A DNA stretch of 40,021 nt from Candidatus Bathyarchaeota archaeon (GTDB lineage Archaea; Thermoproteota; Bathyarchaeia; Bathyarchaeales; DTEX01): positions 1-40,021 of the forward strand of contig QMXE01000003.1 in assembly GCA_003661975.1 (NCBI GenBank). Direction: 5' to 3'. Positions 8,567 through 16,721 of the stretch are shown piece after piece. Below the pieces are notes generated by a model. That model worked only from the letters and a program-made list of their open reading frames with translations, was not told the DNA's origin and did no database searches. A program made the translations under genes and the position numbers. Positions within the stretch are counted from its first letter, which is position 1. Each line of letters starts with the position of its first letter.

Positions 8567-9811
8567 TTGGAGGAGCTTAAGAGCCTAGCTGAGGCGGCGG
8601 GATATGAGGTTGTAGGTTTTCTGGAGCAGGTTACTCATCCCCATTCACGCTACCGTATAGGCAGGGGGAAGGCTGAGGAACTGGAGAGGATGGTGTCTGA
8701 GCTTGGAGCTGAGAAGATAATCTTCGGGGAGGAACTTAATGTTACGCAGATCTATAATCTCGCAAAGCTGACTGGAGTTGAGGTGATAGATAGATTCCAG
8801 CTCATCTTGGAGATATTCGATAGGAGAGCCTCGACGAGGGAGGCTAAGCTCCAGATAGAGCTGGCTCGCTGGCGCTATGAACTTGCACATGCAAGGGAGA
8901 AGGTCAGACTGGCGAAGATGGGTGAGCAGCCCGGCTTCCTCGGACTCGGAAAATACGAGGTTGACGTATACTATGAGACCGTTAAGAGGCATGTTCACAG
9001 CATCCAAGAAAAACTTAGGAGGGTTAGAAGGACGAGGGAGCTGCATAGGCATAGGAGGAGAGAGCTCGGCTTTCCAACGATCTCCCTTGCAGGATACACG
9101 AATTCCGGGAAGAGCACGCTCTTCAAGACGCTTACAGGAGAGGATGTGCCAATAGACGATGGGCTCTTCACAACTCTCTCCACGACTACGAGGGTGATGA
9201 ATCTCCTCGGCGTTCCAGCTCTGCTCACGGATACAGTCGGCTTCATCGATAGGCTTCCCATAACACTTGTGGAGGCCTTCCGATCTACGCTGGAGGAGAC
9301 GATATTTGCAGATCTCATTCTTCTCGTCGTGGATATAAGCGAGTCTGAAGATGAGATAAGGAGGAAGCTTGAGTGCTGCCTAAATACGTTGAGGGAGATA
9401 GGTGCTACTGGAATGCCGATCATAGCCGTCCTGAACAAGATCGATCTCCTCTCGGATGAGGAATTGCAGTCTAAGATCACCCGTCTCGGAGATTACTCGT
9501 TCGATCTAGTTCCAGTCTCGGCCCTACATAGAATGAACATTGATGAATTGAAGGTTAAGATTGCAGGTCACATATTAAGGCATGTGAGGTCCCTTGCGGT
9601 AATACCCATAAATGGAGATTCATTCTCGCTTCTATCATGGATATACAATCATGCAAAGGTGCTTGAGGTCTCGTATGGAAACTCGGATCTTAAAGTCTCA
9701 TTTTACGCTGAGCCGACTGTCGCCGAGAAGGTAAAGCATAGAGTTGAAGAGTTAGGCGGGGCATTCAAGTATGAAGCCACGGAAGGTCTATATCCTCAGA
9801 TTGAATCATAG
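8567..9811 (+). CDS. hflX: GTPase HflX (true N-terminus probably upstream of 8567)
   Basis: EELKSLAEAAGY, VIDRFQLILEIF, EAKLQIELA, GYTNSGKST, LFTTL, DTVGFI, NKID. Confidence 0.95.
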   Translation: MEELKSLAEAAGYEVVGFLEQVTHPHSRYRIGRGKAEELERMVSELGAEKIIFGEELNVTQIYNLAKLTGVEVIDRFQLILEIFDRRASTREAKLQIELARWRYELAHAREKVRLAKMGEQPGFLGLGKYEVDVYYETVKRHVHSIQEKLRRVRRTRELHRHRRRELGFPTISLAGYTNSGKSTLFKTLTGEDVPIDDGLFTTLSTTTRVMNLLGVPALLTDTVGFIDRLPITLVEAFRSTLEETIFADLILLVVDISESEDEIRRKLECCLNTLREIGATGMPIIAVLNKIDLLSDEELQSKITRLGDYSFDLVPVSALHRMNIDELKVKIAGHILRHVRSLAVIPINGDSFSLLSWIYNHAKVLEVSYGNSDLKVSFYAEPTVAEKVKHRVEELGGAFKYEATEGLYPQIES

Positions 9812-10316
9812 GCCTCAAAGGGATAAGAGGGTGACAACACATCTCTTCCTCGCAGCTAGGGCATTAGGCGCCACGGGAGGCTTCTATTCGGGCGAGGAGG
9901 ACGAGAAGGTTCAGATGAGCATAGAGAAGGTCAGTAGGTCATGGGGTGGAGACTTCAAGGTCTCCTACGTTCAGAACTGGGCGAAAAAGATAGTGGAGTG
10001 GAAGAGGATGGGAGGGAAGGTGATTCACCTCACAATGTATGGGCTTCCTTTAATGCAGGTGATCGGTCAGATCAGAAGCCTTAGGGAGCCTCTCCTAATA
10101 GTCGTCGGCGGAGCTAAGGTTCCCGGCAGGGTCTACATGATGGCTGACTATAACGTCTCTGTTACGTCTCAGCCCCACTCCGAGATAAGCGCCCTCGCAC
10201 TTTTCCTCCATGAATTGTTTGAGGGGGAGGAGCTCTCAATCTCCTTCGACGATGCGAAGCTTCGAATAGTCCCTCAGGAGAGGGGAAAGCTGGTTTTGAG
10301 GCTGAACGAAAAATAG
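9771..10316 (+). CDS. trm56: tRNA (cytidine-56 2'-O)-methyltransferase
   Basis: LRLNHRPQRDKRVTTH, HLTMYG, VGGAKVP, QPHSEI SPOUT motifs; overlaps hflX by 41 nt. Confidence 0.93.
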   Translation: MKPRKVYILRLNHRPQRDKRVTTHLFLAARALGATGGFYSGEEDEKVQMSIEKVSRSWGGDFKVSYVQNWAKKIVEWKRMGGKVIHLTMYGLPLMQVIGQIRSLREPLLIVVGGAKVPGRVYMMADYNVSVTSQPHSEISALALFLHELFEGEELSISFDDAKLRIVPQERGKLVLRLNEK

Positions 10317-10383
10317 AGATGATAACGAACAATTTAAGTTTGCAGATGCTATTAAATTAATATGCATGATAGATGGTGATTTA

Positions 10384-10890
10384 ATGGCCCTATCGAACCG
10401 TGAAGTTCTATATAAGGTCGCGAGGATACTCGGCGGGGAGGAAGCGGTTAGCATAGTCAAGATCCTAGAGAATGTTGATGAGATAACCGATGAGGAGATC
10501 GTTGCAAAGACAAAGATAAAATTGAATACCGTTCGAAAGATCCTGTATAGGCTTTATAATCATTCCATTGTGGGGCTTAGAAGGACGAGGGATGAGAAGA
10601 CAGGCTGGTTCATCTTCCACTGGAGGCTTCAGCCAGACCAGATCGAGGGTTTCCTAATAAATCAGAAGAAGAAGATCCTTGAGAAACTTGAGGAGAGATT
10701 GAGATACGAAAAGTCCCATGAATTCTACTATTGTGGAACTCCGGGGCATAGACGCATACCCTTCGAGGAGGCAACCGAGTATATATTTAGATGTCCCGAA
10801 TGTGATAAGCCGCTCATGTATTATGATAATAGCAAGATAATTGAGTTTCTGACGAGGAAGATCGAGCAGTTAAGGGCTGAGTTGCAGTGA
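10384..10890 (+). CDS. tfe: transcription factor E (TFE/TFIIE-alpha)
   Basis: TDEEI...LNTVRKILY wHTH, RDEKTGWFIFHW, Zn ribbon C..H/CPEC; SD GGTGA before ATG 10384. Confidence 0.94.
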   Translation: MALSNREVLYKVARILGGEEAVSIVKILENVDEITDEEIVAKTKIKLNTVRKILYRLYNHSIVGLRRTRDEKTGWFIFHWRLQPDQIEGFLINQKKKILEKLEERLRYEKSHEFYYCGTPGHRRIPFEEATEYIFRCPECDKPLMYYDNSKIIEFLTRKIEQLRAELQ

Positions 10891-11426
10891 AGGGAAGGAT
10901 CCCAACGCCGGAGGAAGCCATAGAGATCCTCCGTGAAAGCGGATGTTCACCTAACGTCATAAGGCACTGCAGGGCAGTAGCCGAGATCGCGGTGAAAATA
11001 GCATTGAAGTGCCGAGAGAGGGGCATTCCAGTTGATCTTGAACTCATACGCATAGGCGCTCTACTCCATGATTTAGGCCGCTCAAAAACTCACAGCGTTC
11101 ACCATCCAGTAGTTGGGGCTAAAATAGCGGAGGAGCTCGGTCTTCCAGAAGCCATCATAAGGATAATCAAGAGGCATATTGGAGGAGGCTTAACAGCCGA
11201 GGAGGCAGCTGAGCTCGGATGGCCAGTTGAGAATTATCTCCCAGAGACATTAGAGGAGAAGATCGTAACATACGCCGATAAGCTTATAGATGGAGATAAG
11301 GTGGTTCCGATCGAGAAGACAATAGAGGAGTTCAAGAGAAAGCTCGGAGAGGATCATCCATCAATAAAACGGATAATGAATCTGCATAGGGAAATAATGG
11401 AGTTATGCGGTGGATCAATAGAGTAG
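10887..11426 (+). CDS. HD-domain (HDIG-type) metal-dependent phosphohydrolase
   Basis: VIRHC, LLHDLGR, RHIGGG, EEKIVTYADK. Confidence 0.88.
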   Translation: MKGRIPTPEEAIEILRESGCSPNVIRHCRAVAEIAVKIALKCRERGIPVDLELIRIGALLHDLGRSKTHSVHHPVVGAKIAEELGLPEAIIRIIKRHIGGGLTAEEAAELGWPVENYLPETLEEKIVTYADKLIDGDKVVPIEKTIEEFKRKLGEDHPSIKRIMNLHREIMELCGGSIE

Positions 11427-11439
11427 CATTCAGACCTGC

Positions 11440-12084
11440 CTACTCTAAGACGTATTCCTCATTCGGCTCGAGGATAACCACTTTCACATTGGAGGATCCC
11501 TCAACTCTCCTTCTGAACTCCTCGGGGTCAGTGTCCCATCTATGCATTGGAATCACAACCTCAGGATTTATCGCTATGGCCGCCTCAGCCGCTTCTTCAT
11601 TATCCATCGTGTATGTCCCTCCGCTTGGGAGAAGAGCCAACGAGATATCCTTCAGTTCCCTCATTTCAGGAATGAAGTCTGTATCGCCGGCATGATAGAT
11701 CCTCTTATCGCCTATCGTGATGACATATCCATTCCCGAAGCCCTTAGGATGGAATGGAACGCCTGGAGATCTAAACCGCTTGTAATTATATGCATGCACT
11801 GCCTCAACGATTATGCCGTTAACCTCAATCTTCTCGCCCGGCCTTAAGGCTCTAACGTTTCCGCTGATCTTTGAGGCACATTCAGGCGGGCAGATGATCA
11901 CCGTATCCCCGGCGCTTATCCTCTTTATCTTTGAAGTGTCAAAGTGGTCGTAATGTGAATGCGTAACCAATATTAGATCTGCCTTCTCGGCATACTCGCC
12001 CTCATAGGGATCAATGTAAATGTTCCTTCCATCAGCCCTTACTTGAAAACTGGCATGCCCCAGCCACTTCACGACAATACCCAT
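11440..12084 (-). CDS. metallo-beta-lactamase-fold hydrolase
   Basis: WLGHASF, IDPY, THSHYDH, YHAGDT, PMH; start moved to ATG 12084. Confidence 0.9.
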   Translation of the reverse strand: MGIVVKWLGHASFQVRADGRNIYIDPYEGEYAEKADLILVTHSHYDHFDTSKIKRISAGDTVIICPPECASKISGNVRALRPGEKIEVNGIIVEAVHAYNYKRFRSPGVPFHPKGFGNGYVITIGDKRIYHAGDTDFIPEMRELKDISLALLPSGGTYTMDNEEAAEAAIAINPEVVIPMHRWDTDPEEFRRRVEGSSNVKVVILEPNEEYVLE

Positions 12085-12160
12085 CAAACATCCCCAAAAG
12101 AATAATTTAATTCTCAACTTATCTATTTTCCGCCTCAAGTTCAGGCGGTTATCCCTAGGT

Positions 12161-12823
12161 TTATATTGGGAGAAGCCTGAAATTCAGGAATGTTTTGAGG
12201 CATATATCCAATCCGAAGAGTATCAATATTATGCCAAGCGCTACCAAGAGCGCCCCATATCCCCTGGATCTCAGTATCTTCACACTGCCTTCCCCGGCTA
12301 AGCTCATTAGGGCAAGCCAGAAATAATCCATCCATACATGCGCCGCATACATTACTAGCAGAACTTGAAGGCCCATGCTCATCGACATCCTGATCAGAGG
12401 CATCCCAACGGAGAGCCACCAGAGAAGGAAGTATGGATTGAGCCCAGTTAGGAGTAATCCTATCAGTAATGGATTGTATGCATAGCCTCCTCTCCCACCC
12501 TTAAATTCCCTCTTCAATCTCAGCACACTAATCCCATCCCTTATCGTCAGATATGAAAAGAAGAAGATGAAGGCTGAAATGGCGACGGTCAAGGCGAAGT
12601 TCACAATCGAATTCTCAATCAAGACCGTGACTGATGAGTAGAGCATAGCAATAACCAGAATGTAGGGAAACTCAAATATTGTATGGCCAAGAGCTATAAG
12701 AAGGCCTCCTTTCTCTGATCCCCTAGCCCCAACCATAATAGCCGAGGCCGTTAATGGACCCGGAGACATCACCCCAGAAACCGAGATAGCAACAGTTGTG
12801 ATTATCAGGCCGGTTAAATCCAT
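12161..12823 (-). CDS. LysE-family translocator
   Basis: SGVMSPGP, GH..FE, NPYFLLWW, several hydrophobic helices. Confidence 0.88.
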   Translation of the reverse strand: MDLTGLIITTVAISVSGVMSPGPLTASAIMVGARGSEKGGLLIALGHTIFEFPYILVIAMLYSSVTVLIENSIVNFALTVAISAFIFFFSYLTIRDGISVLRLKREFKGGRGGYAYNPLLIGLLLTGLNPYFLLWWLSVGMPLIRMSMSMGLQVLLVMYAAHVWMDYFWLALMSLAGEGSVKILRSRGYGALLVALGIILILFGLDICLKTFLNFRLLPI

Positions 12824-12878
12824 ACCGATACTCCTTCTCTATTGGATCTGTAGTGCAGTAATCTAAAAGCGAAGAATC

Positions 12879-13073
12879 CTATGGTCCTTCAAATCCGCAG
12901 TTTGGACATTTATATTGCCTGCCGAACTGCCTGCATTTTTCGCATCGCCAGATCATTATCTGCCCACAGTTCGGGCATGGAAACTTCGTCGCATCAGTTC
13001 CGGGCGGGATTATCCTATTGCATGATGTGCATTTCGGCATGCTGACCCGTCTAGCCTCACTCAACCCGCTCAC
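12879..13073 (-). CDS. small double Zn-ribbon protein (DUF1610 type)
   Basis: CTSC, FPCPNCG, WRCEKCR, YKCPNCGFEGP. Confidence 0.9.
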   Translation of the reverse strand: MSGLSEARRVSMPKCTSCNRIIPPGTDATKFPCPNCGQIMIWRCEKCRQFGRQYKCPNCGFEGP

Positions 13074-13118
13074 CCAAGGATGATCTTCAGAAAATAGTGA
13101 AGAGTCGCATATTTATGC

Positions 13119-14330
13119 TTATCCATTAATCTGCGGCTTTCCCAAGCCTAAGAGATGTGTTAGCATCTTTAATATCCTCCCGTGATGTATGAGCTCAGAG
13201 ATCACGCGGCTCTGAAAGTCCATGTCTCCAAGCTTGGATATGACTCTGCAGAGATCCTCCCTCTTTATAAACTCGAATAATTTGTCGATCATCCTGTCGG
13301 ATAATGCATTCAGAATCCTTCTGGCCCAGAGCATATACCTGAATTCTCTGCCAAGCATGCCCCTCCAGATCCTCTCGTATGAGACTAGGAAATCACTGTT
13401 GAATCTGCTGAGCCTAACGGCTTCCGCAGCAACCCTGCCGGCGGTCATTCCGCAGATCCCTCCGAGAATAACTCCCCCACCAGTTGTGGGCTTAACCTGT
13501 CCAGCGGCATCCCCAACTATAAGCAGGCGGTCCGCGAATGTCCTCCTTATTGGACCTGAAGTCACTATTGTTCCAGAGCGAACAGCAAGAATCTCATACT
13601 CCTCATCTTTAAATCGTCTCTGAATGAAGCGGTTGAGGAGTATTCTCGGATTTGCCCTCTTACAGCCCAATCCGACCCTCACGGAGTCGCTGCTGAGAGG
13701 GATCAGCCATGCAAAGAATCCTGGAGCAACCTGCCTTCCGAGATGCACCTCAACATATTCCGGGTCCACGCTTACCCCGCTGAGATCAAACTGTAATGCC
13801 GAAAGAAGGCATGAGCTGTTTAGGGGCTCTAAACCAGCGGCCCTAACGAGTCTCGATGATACTCCCTCAGCATCGATAAGGATCTCAGCCATGAACCTGT
13901 CCGGCTTGGAGCATACGTGGACTCCAATTCCATCCACGCTTATACCATAAACTTTACAGTTGAGTCTTATCTCGGCTCCGGCTCTCTCTGCTTGGAAGGC
14001 TAAGAATTTATCGAATAGGGATCGATTAACGACGCATGCCACAGGCCTATCCCTCTCTATCCTTAGGGATAAGCCTGATGGAGAATAGAAGATCGCGCCT
14101 CTAACCATATTCTGCACATAAGAATGATCGATTGGAATCTTCAATCTTTCCAGTCCATTTAGGCTTAGTAGGCCAGCGCAATGGCAGGGAATCCCTACTT
14201 CAGGATGCTCCTCCAAGACTAGAACTTCCACCCCCCTCTTGGAGGCTTCCCTCGCTGAGAGAAGCCCGGAAGGCCCTGCCCCAACAACTATAACCTGTCG
14301 TTTCTCCAAACTCAAGAATACTACTCCCAT
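13119..14330 (-). CDS. geranylgeranyl reductase family flavoprotein
   Basis: GAGPSG, PCHCAG, DAEG, APGFFAWLIP, GDAAGQVKPTTGGG. Confidence 0.88.
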   Translation of the reverse strand: MGVVFLSLEKRQVIVVGAGPSGLLSAREASKRGVEVLVLEEHPEVGIPCHCAGLLSLNGLERLKIPIDHSYVQNMVRGAIFYSPSGLSLRIERDRPVACVVNRSLFDKFLAFQAERAGAEIRLNCKVYGISVDGIGVHVCSKPDRFMAEILIDAEGVSSRLVRAAGLEPLNSSCLLSALQFDLSGVSVDPEYVEVHLGRQVAPGFFAWLIPLSSDSVRVGLGCKRANPRILLNRFIQRRFKDEEYEILAVRSGTIVTSGPIRRTFADRLLIVGDAAGQVKPTTGGGVILGGICGMTAGRVAAEAVRLSRFNSDFLVSYERIWRGMLGREFRYMLWARRILNALSDRMIDKLFEFIKREDLCRVISKLGDMDFQSRVISELIHHGRILKMLTHLLGLGKPQING

Positions 14331-14376
14331 CTTAAGATTGATAACTCAAAAATTGCTCGTATAATACAGAGGGTGC

Positions 14377-15363
14377 TTACCTGTTAATCTTTATCTTTTC
14401 GCCGCGAATTAACCTCTCTACATCCTGCCTCTCTATAACCGGAATATTCACTGGTAATGTTATCTTAAGCGCGGCCATCGCGCTTCCATACTCCAATCCC
14501 GTCTGAACGTCTCTCCTTAAATAGCCATATATGAATCCAGCTGCGAATGCATCTCCAGCTCCGAGAGGATTCACCTCCCTGACTGGATGGGGCCTCCCAC
14601 GGAATATCCTCGTTGTCCTCGCTATGCTGCCCTTATCTCCAAGCGTGATGACAACGACCTCGCTTCCATACTCCTTCTGAAGCCTCAATGCTGCCTCCTC
14701 CGGAGGTAGATCATCATTCAAGAGGATATTCGCGTCTCTCCAAGTCGATATTAGAATATCAATGTTGGGGAGAATCTTGTCTAGGCATCTCCTCGCCTCA
14801 TCCGGGCTCCAAAGTAAAGAGCGGTAATTAACGTCGAATGAGGTCTTAACTCCCATCTCCCTCGCCTTTTCAGCAGCCTTGATCGTGAGTTCCCTGCAGC
14901 ATTCACTCAGCGCAGGGGTGATCCCCGTTTGATGCAATATCTCAGCTTGGCCAATATACTCCCAATCGATCTCCTCAGGCTTAAGCGTCGTGAATGCTGA
15001 TCCAGCCCTATCATAAATTGTCTTTAACGGTCTTGGTTCAGCCCCGAACTCTACGAAGAATAATCCGACACGTCCCTTATCAGTTAGGATTACACGAGAA
15101 ACATCCACGCCGTAGCTCCGCATCGTATTTAGGATCTTCCTTCCAAGGGCATTATCGACTAGCTTACTGATCCATCCTGAATGCATCCCAAGTCTCTCAA
15201 GTCCGATCGAAACGTTAGTCTCAGCGCCCCCGAGCATAGCGATGAATGTATTCGAGTTCTCTATTAGCTGGAAGGGTGGAGGGGCAAACATGATCATGGT
15301 CTCGCCTATCGTTACGGCCTCCACCCTTCTCCTCTCTGAGTTAAGTTCGATTTTCCCCGGCAT
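14377..15363 (-). CDS. PfkB-family sugar kinase, 2-keto-3-deoxygluconate kinase-like
   Basis: GGAETNV, YDRAGSA, TGITPALS, FDVNYRSLLW, GAGDAFAAG. Confidence 0.88.
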   Translation of the reverse strand: MPGKIELNSERRRVEAVTIGETMIMFAPPPFQLIENSNTFIAMLGGAETNVSIGLERLGMHSGWISKLVDNALGRKILNTMRSYGVDVSRVILTDKGRVGLFFVEFGAEPRPLKTIYDRAGSAFTTLKPEEIDWEYIGQAEILHQTGITPALSECCRELTIKAAEKAREMGVKTSFDVNYRSLLWSPDEARRCLDKILPNIDILISTWRDANILLNDDLPPEEAALRLQKEYGSEVVVITLGDKGSIARTTRIFRGRPHPVREVNPLGAGDAFAAGFIYGYLRRDVQTGLEYGSAMAALKITLPVNIPVIERQDVERLIRGEKIKINR

Positions 15364-15375
15364 ATCCGCTAAACC

Positions 15376-16272
15376 CTACTCGCCGAGTAACCCCAACCTA
15401 ACAAACTCATCCTTCATTCTCTTTCTTTCTTCCTCAGTAACTGGAAGCACAGGTCGCCTTGGAACTCCAACGTCCACTCCGCGCTCCTGAAGCATCGCAT
15501 AGCATGCAGCGGCTGTTGACTTCGCTATGTGAAGTATCCTCCTAGCCTCATTGACCTTAAGCTGCAACTTTACGGCCTCATCATAGTTCTTGTTCACTGT
15601 TGCATTATAGAGGTCAACTACGACCTCTGGGAATGCATTTGCAAGTCCTGAGACGCATCCGTTTGCCCCCAACATGACAGCTGGAAGCAGAAGAGCCTCT
15701 GTTCCAATTATCAAGTTGAAGTCCCTTGAGCCTACCTCCAATACGAAGTGGGAAAACTCAACCAAGTTGAATCCGCTGTCCTTCAAGCCCTTAACTCCAA
15801 CATCGGCCAATTTAACCAGAACTGAGGGGGTTATTGTGAATCCCGAGGTCTTCGGATTATTGTATGCATAGACCGGCAAGTTCACGGAGTTAACCAGCTG
15901 CCTATAATGCTCAACGACCGTTTCATCATCATGCCTATAATAGTATGGGGGGACAGCGGCTACTGCGTCAGCTCCATTATCCTCAGCATGCTTTGCAAGC
16001 TCAATAACCTCATTTGTGCTGGCCGCTCCGACATGCGCTATGATGGCCATCTTACCCCCAACCTGATCAACCGCGATCTCCAATACCCTTTTACGCTGCT
16101 CAACTGTCATTATTGGGCCTAGACCATAGGTGCCGCATAGGAAGACTCCATGAGAGCCCTTTTCCACCTGAAAGTCCAGAAGTCTCCTCAAACCCTCCTC
16201 GTATACTTCCCCGTTCTTATCGAATGGCGTAATTAGCGGAGGTATAACGCCTTTAATCTCCATCTGGGTCAC
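15376..16272 (-). CDS. DHDPS/NAL-family class I aldolase (KD(P)G aldolase-like)
   Basis: ITPF, GTYG, VPPYYY, YNNP, GLKDS Schiff-base Lys; directly upstream of the KdgK-like kinase. Confidence 0.85.
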   Translation of the reverse strand: MTQMEIKGVIPPLITPFDKNGEVYEEGLRRLLDFQVEKGSHGVFLCGTYGLGPIMTVEQRKRVLEIAVDQVGGKMAIIAHVGAASTNEVIELAKHAEDNGADAVAAVPPYYYRHDDETVVEHYRQLVNSVNLPVYAYNNPKTSGFTITPSVLVKLADVGVKGLKDSGFNLVEFSHFVLEVGSRDFNLIIGTEALLLPAVMLGANGCVSGLANAFPEVVVDLYNATVNKNYDEAVKLQLKVNEARRILHIAKSTAAACYAMLQERGVDVGVPRRPVLPVTEEERKRMKDEFVRLGLLGE

Positions 16273-16381
16273 CTCCAGATTTATTTCCTCTCCGCATATT
16301 AAAAACTATCTTGGATGAACACAACCTTAAAATATACCTAATCCTTCATTAGTGCAACATAAGGCGGATGGAGGAAGAGGC

Positions 16382-16651
16382 TTGGCTAAGGTTCTAATAT
16401 CATTGAAGATATTTCCTTCAGATGTCAACATCGACTTGGAAGGCTTGAAGGGGAAGATCCGGAAAGCCCTTCCAGACTATGCATCCATATATAAGTTTGA
16501 GGAGGAGCCTGTTGCCTTCGGATTGGTAGCGATAATAGCCCACATCTTGGTTCCCGAGGATAGGGCTGGAGGAGTAGATGAGGTTGAAGAAGCCCTGAAG
16601 GGGATTGAGGAAATAAGTAACATACAAACCCTAACTGTTAGACGGTTATAG
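16382..16651 (+). CDS. ef1b: translation elongation factor EF-1beta
   Basis: AKVLISLKIFPS, EEPVAFGL; TTG 16382 downstream of GGAGG. Confidence 0.92.
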   Translation: MAKVLISLKIFPSDVNIDLEGLKGKIRKALPDYASIYKFEEEPVAFGLVAIIAHILVPEDRAGGVDEVEEALKGIEEISNIQTLTVRRL

Positions 16652-16721
16652 CCGTTCACTACGTTTATATAGTTTTTTGCTCCTTTCATTGTTTGATAAT
16701 CAGATAAGCCATTAATATGCG

